64,000 nt of DNA. Source: the human T2T-CHM13v2.0 reference genome, Homo sapiens. Under the pieces are notes generated by a model that was not told the DNA's origin, made no database searches, and was given only the letters and a program-made list of their open reading frames with translations. Each line of letters starts with the position of its first letter. Position 1 is the first letter of the stretch. The position numbers and the translations under genes are program-made. The stretch is from the NCBI RefSeq assembly GCF_009914755.1, contig NC_060942.1. The stretch is one strand, 5' to 3'. This document shows, piece after piece, positions 1-13,298 of this stretch.

Positions 1-762
1 TGTGACAACATGGATAAGCCTAGAAGACATTATGTTAAGTGAAATGTCAGGCACAGAAAAACAAATACTGCGTGTTGTCACTCATGTATGGAATCTAAAA
101 AGGTCGATCTCATAGAATTCAATAGAGTGGTGGTTACCAAGGCTGTGGAGGGTAGGAGCAAGGACAAGAGAAGAGATTTGTTAATGAGTACAATGTTACA
201 GTTAGATAGGAAGAATACGTTCTGGTATTCTATTCCACAGAAGGGTAGTTAACAATGATGTATAATTCAAAATAACTGAAAGAGAGGAATTTGAACATTT
301 GCACCAAAAAGAAATGTTGTTGTTATTATTATTATTATTATTACTTTAATGGAGACAGAGTCTCGCTCTGTCACCCAGGCTGGAGTGCAATCACAGCACA
401 CTGCAGCTTCCACCTTCTGGCTCAAATTATCCTCCTACCTCAGCTACCTGAGTAACTGGGATTTCAGATGCTTGCCACCCTGCCCCGCTAATTCTGTACT
501 TTTTGTAGAGATGGAGTTTCGCCATGTTGTCCAAGCTCGTCTGGAACTCCTAGGCTCAAGCAATCCACCTGCCTCAGCCTCCCAAAATGCTAGAATTACA
601 GACAGGAGGCACCGCGCCTGGCCAAGAAATGTTAAATGTTTAAGGTGATGGATATGCTGATTATGCTGATTTGATCATCGCACAGTGTGTGCATGCATTG
701 AAACATCATACCGTATTCCATAAATATGTATGATTATCACATGTCAATCAAAAATAATAATA
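1..762 (+). mobile_element. L1 (L1MA-type) 3' end, interrupted by an Alu
   Basis: ORF2-end/3'UTR motifs (acaacatggataagcctagaagacattatgttaagtgaaat; ggtgatggatatgctgattatgctgatttgatcat) ending in an A-rich tail near 750-762. Confidence 0.85.
319..623 (-). mobile_element. AluJ-like SINE
   Basis: Antisense Alu (gagacagagtctcgctctgtcacccaggctggagtgca...gcgcctggcc), tail decayed to (TTA)n, 10-bp TSD aagaaatgtt at 309-318 and 624-633. Confidence 0.95.
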
Positions 763-1833
763 AGAAGAACTAAACTAGGATATTTCTGTTTCTGGAGATT
801 AAAATGTGAATTCTTTTTAAAAAAAATCCATTATGTATTCTATGAAAGTCCAAAGCTCTTCCTAAAATGTATGTGAGTGGTTTGGAAGCTAGCATTCTGT
901 CAGTCACCTCTTGTTCTAAATTACTGCTTGTCCAGAATTATTATTTCTGTTATATGTCATCCGGATGCTGTTATCTGAGTTTTCTCTCTCAGGCATGTCC
1001 ATACACATACTCAAGCACGTTAGCTGATACCCTCACACAAACGCACATGAAATGTAAAGATACAGAATATGGAGAAGTCGAGGGTTACATAGACAAGTCA
1101 ATTTCAGATTAAATATTTCATATTCTTATGCATTATTTCACAAAGTCTCCAGCCTCTAAGATGAGTTCTCATCTTCCCTCTTTCCTTTTCTCTTTCTCTT
1201 CTTCTTTCTCCTGGATTACTCTCCGAACTCCAAAATTCCTGTTACACAGATGCTCTCCCATGCCTTCAGGCTCAGCTTAGGCTTATTTTGCACATCAGAC
1301 CCCTCAAGAAGTTTAACAGATCAAAAGGCCTTTCTTGTAATAAGATCTTAGAAAGCAGTTGCAAGTATACATTGCATTTATATTTATCTATTGCACAAGT
1401 TAAAATCACACAAGAAGCAATAATTTTCCATTAGAAATAAAAGCCTATAATAAAACTATTGTTAGGATTAACATGACATCACAGTTCTTTTTTGTTGTTG
1501 TTGTTTACATACTCATTTTCACCTCTTTTCTCACTCAGAAGCTTTGATTTCATTTCTTGTCACTTTTTATTTCGTTTCAGTACTCAGTTCCTCTGTCAAA
1601 TGCCGCTATATCCATTATTCATTCTGTAAGTTTGACCTGTTGTGTATAACCAGTCACGTTCTAAGCCACTGGGACTCTCTAGGATCACTGTCATCCATGC
1701 ACTGGCTCCAGGGTTAAAACGAATGACCTCTCTATACTCTAACAGGGTAATTCTCAAACTTTGGTCTCAGGATCCTTTAACCTTCATAAAACTATGGAGA
1801 CCCTCAAATAGTTTCTGTTTATTAAGGTTACAT

Positions 1834-2677
1834 CCATCGATGTGCTGGAGCCGAGAAGCATCATCAGCCAAAACTGATTCTGAACATCTCTCAACTGTGC
1901 TTGCTGTGACTTCATGTCAGTAGCTTCCAAATGACCACGGCAGGCATATTTCAATAGTGTGATGGAGTCAGCCAGCAAAAATGATTACTTATTAGATTTT
2001 CATGAATTTTGCAAGCCAGTCTTTAAAGTAATTATTATTAAAAATTAAATTACATAAACTAAAAAAACTAAAATAAAAAATAAAAATAAACTAAAAAAAT
2101 AAAATATTAAAAACAAATGTAATAAACATTTCTTATTATTGCACTATTACCTATTCTTTTGAGGTTAGTTTCTGCTATATTTGCACAGTGGAAATTCTAT
2201 TTAATGTTGTGTTATTGTGCATCCCTGTAAGACTCCCTGTTCTGTGATGTTAGGTCCATGGCTTGAAATCAGCCATGGTAATATTTATACCACAAAATTG
2301 GCAAGTGCTACAATGCAGGGTTTGATTTGTTGTTTTGTCGATTTAAGAAAATGTATATTAGGCAGATTATATTTAAAGTGTTTCCAGTCTCTAACAGTTA
2401 TGTCAGGAAGAGTGAAAAAAAATCTGAGGAAATAATCTAATATTCAAAACATATTATCATATTCAGCTTAAAAGTCAATCCTTATGAATGAGTGAAGTTC
2501 CAATTTGTGGATTTGCTGTTTCCCATTTGTTTCACTTGTTAATGCAGACATTCATGTTGAAACTTCTTTTGGAAAACTAGTTGTTAAATATTTACTCTGA
2601 TACCACCGGAGTCGTTACCACAGGAAATCAGGACTTTTTATCTTTTTAAGAGAACCAGTTTACCAGCATGCCACTAG
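1834..2677. mobile_element. MER63-like hAT-Blackjack DNA transposon
   Basis: Imperfect inverted termini ccatcgatgtgctggagccg ... ccagtttaccagcatgccactag resemble MER63 ends. Confidence 0.65.
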
Positions 2678-2971
2678 TGATACCATTGACATTTTAGGCA
2701 AAATTTTATTCTTTTTAAAAATAATAATAGTAAAATGTTTTAGATGTTAATATAACAATAATTTATAACCACTAAAATTGTAATATAGACATCATTTTAA
2801 GATAGCTGTATTTACTAAAACAAAAAACAATTTAATGAAAATAATGATATTGTTTTACATTTTTTCCAAATCTTTTCAGTATCTGGTTTAATAAAAGACA
2901 GCTAGATTTTTACATCTGCCTCTGGAAACAATCAGTTATGATAAATTATTTTGATTTAATATATGAAAACA

Positions 2972-3401
2972 ATTATCTTATTCTGTGTTACAATAAAGGA
3001 ATACCTGAGAATGAGTAATTTATGAAGGAAAGAGGTTTAATTTGGCTCAAGTTTCGGCAGGCTGTACAGGCAATGTGGTGCCGGCATCTGATTCTGGGGA
3101 GGCCTCAGGAAACTTCCAATCATGGCAGAAGATGAAGGGGGATCAGGCCCCACACATGGCGAAGGGCAGAGCAAGAGAGAGAGGGAGCAGGTGCCACACT
3201 CCTTTAAATGGCCAGATCTCGTGTGAACTACCAGAGTGGGAACTCACTCACTCATCACCAAGGGGAAGGCAATAAGCAGTTCATGAGGGATTCTCCCCTA
3301 CGATCTACATACCTCCCACCAGGCCCACCTCCAACACATCCAACACTGGGGGTGACATTTCAACAAGAGGTTTGGAGGGAACAAACACCCAAAATATATC
3401 A
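2972..3401 (-). mobile_element. MaLR solo LTR (MSTB-like)
   Basis: ataaaggaatacctgag...aaagaggtttaatttggctca...ggggaggcctcaggaaacttccaatcatggcagaag...cacctccaacac...tatatca. Confidence 0.9.
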
Positions 3402-3550
3402 TCAATACAGTGTCATAGAGATGTATAGTTTAAATGGGAGATTCACAGATCCACAGAAATGTCTTAGAGACTGAGAAGAGTCCTTACATTACATTTGTCA
3501 CATTTAAAGGCTTAGAGGATGACATTAAATTTCCAGCGAGTGTATACATA

Positions 3551-4467
3551 CAATTGATTCTCATTATTTGTGGTGGTTATGTTTTATGAAGTCACTGTGA
3601 ACATTGACTCATCAAATCCTAGAGGAATTATAGATTTTGTGAATGTATGGTCACATTTTTACAAACTGATCGATACTTAACCTTATATGTGTTTCTGTTT
3701 AGAGACACCTATTTAATATGTATTTTTGATTCATTAAGTTAGCACTTGTGACCAACAGCACTCTTTTCTTCCTTTCTTTCTGGTTTTTTTTTTTTTTTTT
3801 TCCCGCGGCTTACTGCAGTCTTTACCTCCTGGGCTCAGGCAATATGCCCACCTCAGCCTCCCAGGTAGCTGGAACTACAGGCGTATGCCACCACGCCTGG
3901 CTAATTTTTGTATTTTTTTTTTTTTTTTTGTGGAGACAGGTTTCACCACGTTGCCCAGGCAAGTCTCAAACTCCTGGGCTCAAGCAGCCCACTCATCTCA
4001 GACTCCTGAAGTGCTGGGATTACAGGCGTGAGCCACTGTGCCCAGCCAGCCAACAGCATTGTAACTCATGCCTGAATGAGGCTTATCTAACACATGCATT
4101 TTTTTTTCCATAAAGCACCTCACAGCCTTCTTGTGCTTGGGAAGACTAGATAGCACATCAACACTATCCTTGCAGGACATCCAAGCATCAAAACCATCAA
4201 CGCAAACCCCACAATTTCATGAAACTCATGACACAAAGTAAACTGCAGAAAAGGAGATAGGTTTCCAGTAAGAGAGCTGCAACAAGAAGGCAGAGTGTGC
4301 CCTTGTTCAACCTCAGCTGAGATTGGCTACTAACTTTCTTACTGCTCCAAGCACATCCATGAATGACTGCAATGGAGCCACCAAGTATTGATTTGAGGGT
4401 CATGAACAAATTTTAGTGATTAGGCAAATTCACAAATATATAATTTATGAATAATGAGGATTGACTC
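3551..4467 (-). mobile_element. MER82-like TcMar-Tigger element containing an Alu
   Basis: Inverted ends caattgattctcattatt / aataatgaggattgact; internal aacaagaaggcagagtgtgcccttgttcaacctcagctg. Confidence 0.75.
3763..4047 (-). mobile_element. AluJ-like SINE with a deletion next to the tail
   Basis: Antisense Alu; degenerate TSD with core ccaacagca at ~3752-3760 and ~4050-4058. Confidence 0.9.
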
Positions 4468-6094
4468 TGTGTCTGTATACCTTATATCTCTCTCTATATA
4501 TTATATTTGTTTGGATGTTTATCATATTATATATGTATGTTTATATATTATGTATGTATATTTATTCACTATGTTTTAAGAAAATAGAAGATAAATATTT
4601 TATATTGATAGATGATAGTATCAGGGCACTTCTAATTTCTTAAAATAAGAGAAAGTGAAGCATAATTTCAAGGATGTTGTTTATCTAAATTAATACTTAC
4701 TTTAAAGTCTGCAATATCAATTTTTTGAGCACAAATTTTAACCAGAAATCCTAAACACTTAAGGACTATAAAATGATTAAAAATTAGTTTTACTAAACGA
4801 GAGTGCAAAGTGATTGGACAGTTCTTCAATCAGTCCTGTCACATGCTCATTGGCTAAAAATGGACACAGAGGACAAACTGATTGGTGACAGATGGAGAAG
4901 CCAGAAAAAAAGAAAAAGAAAAAAAAGCGAGAGCATTGCCTAGAAGGTGGCAAGCAGTTGAAAAGAGCAAAAGTGGCGAAAGACGTGGGGAAATTTATGG
5001 AGTAAGTAAATAAATCAGCCTGTTAAGTGCAGTGAAAGAAAATGAGTGGAATCATTGGTGCTTTGACAATTAGCTGTACATATTCTAAGAACATGATGAG
5101 ATTTAATTCTGATGTGAACAGGCCCCTTAACTACTTGTGTCCACCACTGTCCGTGGCGATTCAGTAGAGAATAACAGCAAACTAAACCTATTCAGTTATA
5201 CAGGGAAATGTTAGGACAGATCAAAGTGCATTTGAGCTGAATGTTGGCCATATGGAATCTTCCAGTAAACTGCAAAGACAAAGAAACATATATATGAAAG
5301 CTGTGTCAGACTTAAATGAGAGCACTGACATCTTAATCTCGAGAGACGATTTTTTTTGATATATTATTGATTAATGTAAGAGTAACATCATCGCAAGATA
5401 TCAAAACCAGGAATAACCTTCTATATTATTAAAAATGAATCTCTCATATTTTATTAGATTATATAATACCTTGAATATACAATACAATTTATCATACATA
5501 ATTTGCTAGAACATGCACTGCTAATTTTAACATTGAGACTGTGCTCTCTAAATCTTACCATAGAGGCTTTTGCATCGACTATTACTGTGGAGCCCATAAT
5601 CTAGGGTTTGGGCTCTGAAGACAGAAATTTCAGCTGGTCATTCCTCCCCATCTTCTGCATTATATGAAGCTCGTGGTCATTGTTGTATCATGCATGTGGC
5701 TCAACTGAGATTTTCCATTTATTTATAAGAACTAAGGATCCATTATCTGGCAGAATCATTGATTTTTTTTTTTTACAAAAGAGTTTTATGCAAAAACATG
5801 AATCAAAGGAGTTTTATGCAAAAATACGAATATATTTTCAGAACTGTGGCTTTGGCATTTCATAGTCATTCTGTAGCAACAGATGACTAGTGGAATCTTT
5901 TAAAGTATAATTAGAAAACTACAAAATTTAAAATAATTTAGAATTCTTTTAAGAAAAGTATTTCTTACCATAATGTGATTGTTAAAAGTTTTCAAATGTC
6001 CATTTATCTCTCCTGTTTCTGAATGATTGTCAAATTTGTCCATGGCAGTAATCAACAAATTGATTTTAACTTGAATTATCATCAGTTTTACTGC

Positions 6095-6218
6095 CTTTTT
6101 TTGAGATTGGGTCTCACTATATTGCCTAGGCTGGTCTTCAACTCCTAGCCTCAAGGAATCCATCCACCTCAGCCTCCTAAGTAGCTGGGATTACAAGTGC
6201 ATGTCATCACGTCCAGCT
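6095..6218 (-). mobile_element. FLAM / free Alu monomer
   Basis: Single monomer tttttgagattgggtctcactatattgcctaggctggtc...gtagctgggattacaagtgcatg. Confidence 0.85.
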
Positions 6219-6879
6219 TGCTTTTGATGACATAAATCATAACAAATTCTATTTTTAAGAGAGCTTCGTGAATAGAATATTATCATAGTTTTTTAATTTA
6301 ACAAGTTTTATGTGTTCATTATAAGACACAAAAAATGATTGTTATTTTTATTATATATAAAAAACAAAAATAAAATAATTTTTTAAAATTTAAGTATGCT
6401 AAAGAATAAGAAAGAGCAATTTGTATTGATAATTATACAATCTCTCATATAAATTCCAAAACAGATTATCTTGATTAGTGAAGGAGCTTTTCTCTAAAAG
6501 GTAGTTCAAAGACCCAGAATTTTCTATTTGTTTTGTGGCTTTGTGATTTTCTATAAAGCTGCCACACTTGTTTTCAATAAATCATGGGATGATAAAAGCA
6601 TAGGAAAGATATCAACATTGTAAAACTCAGGGCAAACACACATCACTTCTGCTCAGATCCTGTTGTTAAAATCTGCTCAGATGGCCCTACAGAATTTCAA
6701 GAGCAGCTGGAGACAGACGCAAGTTTTGTTGCTGGGATCTGGCAAGAAATATTAGTTATTTGAAATAAATATCTTGGGGGGAAGGTAGACGTATCTATCA
6801 CAACTGAAATGTGAAATTTTAACATTTAAATCTGACATCCAATTAAAAGGGAATTATTAAATAAAACAGTAGGAGTGTC

Positions 6880-7893
6880 ACACAGAATAGTTCCATTTCC
6901 CTGTAAACCTTCCGTGCTCTGCTTATTCATCTGTCCTCTCCTCCCTCCTTCTCCCCTAAGCCATGGCAACCACTGATCTTTTTACTATCTCTACATTTTG
7001 CCTTTTATTAGATTGTTATATAGTTGGAAGCATATGTATGTAACAGTATGTAACCTTTTCAGATTGGCCTCTTTTACTCAGTAACAGGAATTTACATTTC
7101 CTATGTCTATTCCTGGCTTCATAGATCATTTCTTTTTAGCACTGAATAATATTCCATTGTGTGTTGTACCATAGTTTATTTATCCATTTAACTACGGAAA
7201 TATCTTGGTTACCTTCAAGTTTTGGAAATTATGGATAAAGCTGCTATAAGCATCTATGTGAAGGTTTTCATGTAGATCTAGGTTTTCAAATCATTTGGGT
7301 AAATACAGGTGGGTACAACTGTCGCATCTTACGGTAAGTAGTTTTGTAAGAAACTGCAACACTATCTTCTGAAGTGTTTGGACCATTTTTCATTCCAATC
7401 AGCAATAAATAAGAGTTCTTGTTGCACCACATCCTTGCCAGCATTTGCTGTTTTCCTTATTTTCGATTTTCGCCATTCTTATAAGTGTGTAGTAGCATCT
7501 CAAGCTGTTTTAATATGTAATTCCCCAAAGGAATGTGAAGTTGAGCCTCTTTTCATATCCCTATTCACCGTTGGTATATTTTCTTTGATGAGGTGTCTGT
7601 TTAGGTTTTTTGCTCATTTTTTACTTGAGTTGTTCATTTTGTTTATTGTCGTGTTTTAAGAATTCTTTATATTTTTGATAATGGCTATTTATTAGATATG
7701 CCTTTTGCAAATATTTTCTTTCAATCTGGTCTTTCTTTATGTTCTCTTGATAGTGTCTTCTCAGATCAGAATTTTTTAAATTTTAATCAAGTTTTACGGA
7801 TTGTGCATTTGGTGTCGTATCTAAAGAAATCATCGCCACTTACAAGGTCATTTCAATTTTCTCCCATGTTTTCTTTCAGGAGTTTTATGGTTT
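6880..7893 (-). mobile_element. L1 (L1MC-type) 3' fragment
   Basis: ggcaaccactgatctttttactatctc...ttgcaccacatccttgccagcatttg...ttttgcaaatattttctt, typical antisense L1M. Confidence 0.85.
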
Positions 7894-9310
7894 AGGCAAC
7901 TGTTCTGAAGACTTTTGCTGCCACAGGAACAAAGAAATCGGGTGGCACCAGGAGAAGGGGGCTGTGGCCGAGAACAACATTAACTAAAATAATTATATCA
8001 AAAGCAGGGGGTTGCTGAAGGATATCCTTGTGTATGTGAGAGGTGATGGAATCCAGTGTACAGATGGAGGGGATTGTCTCAGATGGGATCATGGCTCATT
8101 CATCTGTGTGAACAGCAGGAATGCAAAGTATATGGGTGCAGATGCTAGAAAGTGAATGGATGTGATAGTGAGAGTCTGCAAAGTTATATTCTAAAGGCTT
8201 AATTTTCTCAGTGAAAAGAAAATAGAGAACAAAAATGGGAAAGCGGTGCTGGGTGTCTGGGAAGAGAGGAGCAGAAAATAAGGGAGTAAATGAGCTAGGA
8301 AAGTATGTCATGATTACCATGAATCGCTAACGACACTTTTGAAGTTCCTAGTGATAAATTTGAAGGGCAAATTCAGTCATCATGGTTGCATATATTCCTC
8401 CAGCTATGTGAACTGTGGAAATGCAAGCAACGCTTGTGGATTATCTCAGATTGTGGTATTCTCCGGTGAGGACGATGAAACAGGTCGGGGCAAGGGAGTT
8501 GAGAGTGTTTGGGTGGAAGTGATTATAGTGAGTAAGCAGAGGGTTAAACGAAGTAGTTAAGGAAAGGAGGCTTCAGATGTAGAACCAACAGATTAGAGAA
8601 CCTGGGAGGGTGCAAGTACGGTTGGAACAGGGCTGCTAAAGGGATGGAGCTGAAAGTATGGGAAGTGGTGGTCGGAGAATGTGATGCAGGTGCTGAGACA
8701 ATGGAGGGTCTGGCATTGTTGCTGATGGCAAAGTCAGAGATTGGCCATGGCTGTGAGTGAGTGAGGTCGGGTGTGTGCCTGTCAAGATCATCAGAAGAGA
8801 GGATTTTAAATACCTTGAGGATAGGGTGTTGGAAGGATCATCCATGTTAAGACAGGGATATTTTGGACAGAGTGGCAATGAGTCAGGAGCTAAAACCATC
8901 AAAATGAGGGAGAACCGCTAGGGGATATGCATATGACAACAACTGTAAGGAACAGTGGCTGACACAATCTGCTGAGGCGGGATTCAAATGGGAAGGTTTT
9001 TAGGAAGGGGGGCGTGGTGTGATCTGAGTGCAGCAGTGAGAAGGGAGGTCCATTTCTCCAGGTCCTGTAGTAAAAGCCCTGTGGGAGAAAGAAGAGCCCC
9101 TGTTTCAGAGGGCTGCCGGAGAAGCCGGGCCCTCAGGAGGCGACTGGGCGGAGTCCATAGGAGCCAGAGGATGAAGGGCCAGTCTCTGGAGAGGCTGAGG
9201 ATGCAGGCGATTTTGTTGATGCTGGACTGGGATTCTAAAAGGGCCAGGGGTAGGACTTGGGGTTTGGAAGGAATGAGACAAGGAAAGAGAACGGGAGATG
9301 TGCGGTGACC
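7894..9310 (-). mobile_element. L2 LINE fragment covering the endonuclease region of ORF2
   Basis: Purine-rich + strand; minus-strand ORF remnants DDPSNTLSSRYL / PTSLTHSHGQSL resemble the L2 APE domain. Confidence 0.7.
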
Positions 9311-10349
9311 TGATTGGCTGAGAGTAATCATCCCTAGAAGGTTAATTTTGTTTGCCAATTGCTGGAGTAAAACCATTCGATTCTGACCACTGGAGTAAAA
9401 ATAAATGAGGCAAGTCAGAGGAAAACAGGTTTTTCCTGGAGTATAGCACCCTTTAGCCCTTATCACCCTAAACCTGAACCCAATCCTTCCATTTTGTAAG
9501 CTATTAGTTATGTTATTCATTCAATAATATTTACTGAGAATATACTATAAGTCAGGAAGTGAGTAGATGTTAGGGAATGGAGAGAAATTTGTTAGCTAAA
9601 ACTAACATTAAACTAAAACTCCGCAGTTTGCACATTTACAACGGCAGGTATTTCTATGCAGCTTTTTGTTGTTTTCTCTGCTGGCCTTAGAACATGTGGT
9701 TTATTAATGGTGACTTTGCTTCCTATTCTGTTTAGAATGTGAGCCTTCTGACACATAACAGACTATGTAGAAGAGTTATGAAGTAAGCACACATTTTTAG
9801 CCTTAGAATGCTTAAAGCAACTTCACATCCAGTCCAAACGAGTGTTATCACCAAGGCCAAAACATTGCACCAAATAGAGGTCAGAGCTTGTCCACCTCAA
9901 ATTTTGCCAATATTTAAAAAGTGTGCAGCCGGTTATATCATAATGAAAACAGATAAAATAACAAATAAAAGGAGCACTCTTTAATCAAAGGTTATACAAA
10001 ATGAAATGAAAAGGTAGTGATTTTAAAACTTATAAATGTTTTATAATACGTACTCTCAATGCTATTATAACATTGTTTTCATATACTGCTGTCAAGGGTA
10101 TAAATTGGTTCCATTTGCCCAAACAATACCAGTCAGTTCAGTTCTAAAATCCTTTTATTTAGTATCTATTCTGTGCAAGAGTCTGTGCTGGGATATGAGA
10201 GCAGAAAAATAAATACTAAAGGGTTTTTTAAAGGATATTTTAGTATTTTGGAAAATTAAAAACACATTTTAAGAGTTTTAACAATCACCATTTATCCTGA
10301 CACAAAACTCCATATGTAAAAAACTACCTGGCTGCTAACTTTAGAAAAT

Positions 10350-10580
10350 TAGTGATAAATATATATTATATATTAATGACAAATATATATATAAAATTAG
10401 TGTGTATATGTACATTTATTTTCATTCTAGAATTTTATATGTATATAAATGTGATGTATATATAAATATATATAAATGTGAATATTTAGAATTATAAATG
10501 TGATAATTTATATATATAATGTGATATATATAATGTATAAATTATATATATATAAATGTGAATATTTAGAATTATAAAAA
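10350..10580. repeat. AT-rich low-complexity tract with an internal ~30-bp duplication
   Basis: tatataaatgtgaatatttagaattataaa occurs twice, ~80 bp apart, within TA-rich sequence. Confidence 0.8.
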
Positions 10581-11489
10581 GGATTCGGTCCTTAAAAATT
10601 ATATGTACAAAGAATGTTGATGGCCATAGAAATGTTTGCAATATAGGCTTTAAAATGCAGTTTCAATACTATATAAACATAAATATATATGAATATGAAA
10701 GAAAAAATATTGTGCTAATATGTTAACAATGGTTATCTGTAGGGCATTTTTATTTTCTTATATATAATTTTTCTTTTAAAAACTAATTTGCCACAAATTA
10801 GTTTTATAATTATTTTTTAAAAAGCACATTTTAAAACGAATAGATGAGGAGAAACTTTCTCACAAGTGTATCATTTTATTCTAGTTTATTCCATATTTTT
10901 ATTGTATTGGTGACTTAAGCTAAATAAAGGGGAGCATCTGAGGACAAGATGTCAGAATCCTTAATAAGTCCATGCTGACCCCTGTTCTCCACAGCAAAGC
11001 ATCCCATTTGAATGTGAGCTTCAGCAATTGAGAAAAACAATTGCAGGGATTTTCATTGTCTAAATGACTCCATCCTATCTTGTGAAATTAACACTTGCGT
11101 ATTAACTATTTCTCAGATACAATTAGTCTCCATGGGCAAGAGCCAGTGCGTGCAAAGTTTCCCAGGTACGCTCTGGCCTGGTGCTAATTGGTGTCCTTTT
11201 ATTTCTAACGTGCTTTGGTGCAATAACACAGACGGATCCATCACAACTGATTTCATGTTCATCTCGTGAGTTGCACATTTCAATATGTAGACGTAAATGT
11301 TGTTCACTGAATATGATGAGCATTTGTAGCATAATAGTTTGTACTAAGAATTATACCATTGCCATCAGCATTAGAGCATTGTGAAGTGAATAAAGCATAA
11401 TAAGACCACTTTCAAGTCTCATTCTGATCATCGATGAATAATGATATGTTATGCTTCAAAGACCATATTATTTCATTTTTCTGTAGTTG

Positions 11490-11682
11490 GCATACAGATT
11501 CTGCAGTCAGACAGATTGGGGTTGCTAGGTCAGCTCTGCGTACTCTTTGCTGAGGGAATCGGCGACTAAGTTCACCTTTTGAAGCTTCAATTCACTCATT
11601 TCTAAAACAGGGATTTTACTACCCAGAGTATTGTTATAGGGACAAGCACCTGGTATACTATAAACATTCAATAAATGGTAGG
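11490..11682 (+). mobile_element. MIR SINE
   Basis: ctgcagtcagacagattggggtt...cttcaattcactcatttctaaaacaggga...cacctggtatactataaacattcaataaatggtag. Confidence 0.7.
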
Positions 11683-12968
11683 TGTAATCTTAAAGTGTTT
11701 AAAATTTAATTAGCAAAGTTTTCATACAAGTGTTACCATTTTAACAATTCCCATAACCCTATCAAGCCAGTGATCAATTTACTGTTTAAAACTGTCTACC
11801 TGGAAATTACTCCTAGAATTGTTTGAACACTTAATTTGTATTCAAAGATAGCATGATGTATACATACAAAATACATCCCACTTATATTGAGGTAATGGAG
11901 ACACCACCACCGCAGAATAGTTGTGAACTGTATGGCTTGAAGTCATTCCATAAGGAAAAAAACAAGGATGAGAATAACTTTCTAAGCCAAAGTCAAAACC
12001 GCTGGTGAAGATCATCATTTCTATTGTCTGGTATACTCTTTGTCCCCTCCTTTTTCTACTAAGTATGCTTATGAAGTTTTGTTTTTTTAAAAGGCTTACA
12101 ATGTTTCACATTTAAATTAAACCATTTTGTTTTTTATTTGTGTAAATCCTTATTACCAAGCTATTGAAGTCTTATTACCAGGCTATTTACTATGCAGTAA
12201 TGTGGAAAGAACTCTCAATCCATTGATTTTTCATTCTTGTCTCCTGTAGACACTCCTTAGTGTGTTACCTGCCTAGAAAAATGCAATAATGATGAAGGTT
12301 TAAGAAAAACATGCTTTTCTAAACTATATTCAGTTGCACGGCATAAAGTAAAATCAATATTCATGATGGAAATAACTTTCCTTTTTCCTCCTGAAAGCAC
12401 CCTTCACCTTTCAATTCTTCTAAACAGTGACACTGTGTCGCTATCCATGTCGCTCTCTGTGTCACAATCTGTGTCACTATCTCTCTGAGATGGAGCTGTC
12501 CTACTGTCACCAAGCCTTAGTCTAAGCTTGGTCAATTACAAATGATGCTCAATATCTAATGCACTGTGGTCTATGATAGACATCTATTTGTTGCTTTTGA
12601 GTAAGAGAAGCAAGATATTGAATGACACCACTAATTGAACTGCTGGAGTAACACAATACTATTACTGCCTTTATCATTAAATAAGATAGTAAAATCTTCT
12701 CCAAAATTTGAAGTATAAATCACTCTGACATGAATAAGAATTCCCACTAATGTTTTCAAATTCTCAAAAGCATAATGAAAGTATCAATCATAAATATATA
12801 CATATATAACTCGCCATAATTAAAATGATTTATTTGCTTGATTTAATGCTTTTAGATAAGCTTTTAATATTACTAAATCAAAGTAAGAGGTCTAGCAATT
12901 TCCAATTTCAAAAACAGAATGTATTATTGAGCTGGAAGAATTTAGGCATATTCTAAGATCTAGTAATA

Positions 12969-13298
<330 letters not shown>

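Larger units (their letters stand above)
1743..3495. mobile_element. hAT-Charlie DNA transposon remnant split by MER63 and an MST LTR
   Basis: Terminus cagggtaattctcaaactttggtctcaggatccttta at 1743; Charlie-like sequence resumes at ~2680-2970 (ttttacattttttccaaatc...ttaataaaagacagctagatt) and ~3402-3495. Confidence 0.6.

Noticed and set aside
349-648. Alu-derived ORFs (also 3748, 12991, 13044, 17672, 23548, 48715, 59830)
   Set aside because: Standard Alu translation artefacts
8984-9520. 178-aa minus-strand ORF
   Set aside because: Largely decayed L2 sequence plus flank; no intact domain
11181-11384. 67-aa ORF resembling a signal peptide plus Cys-rich (defensin-like) peptide
   Set aside because: Starts at GTG rather than ATG, the cysteine spacing does not fit alpha- or beta-defensin patterns, and no exon structure supports it
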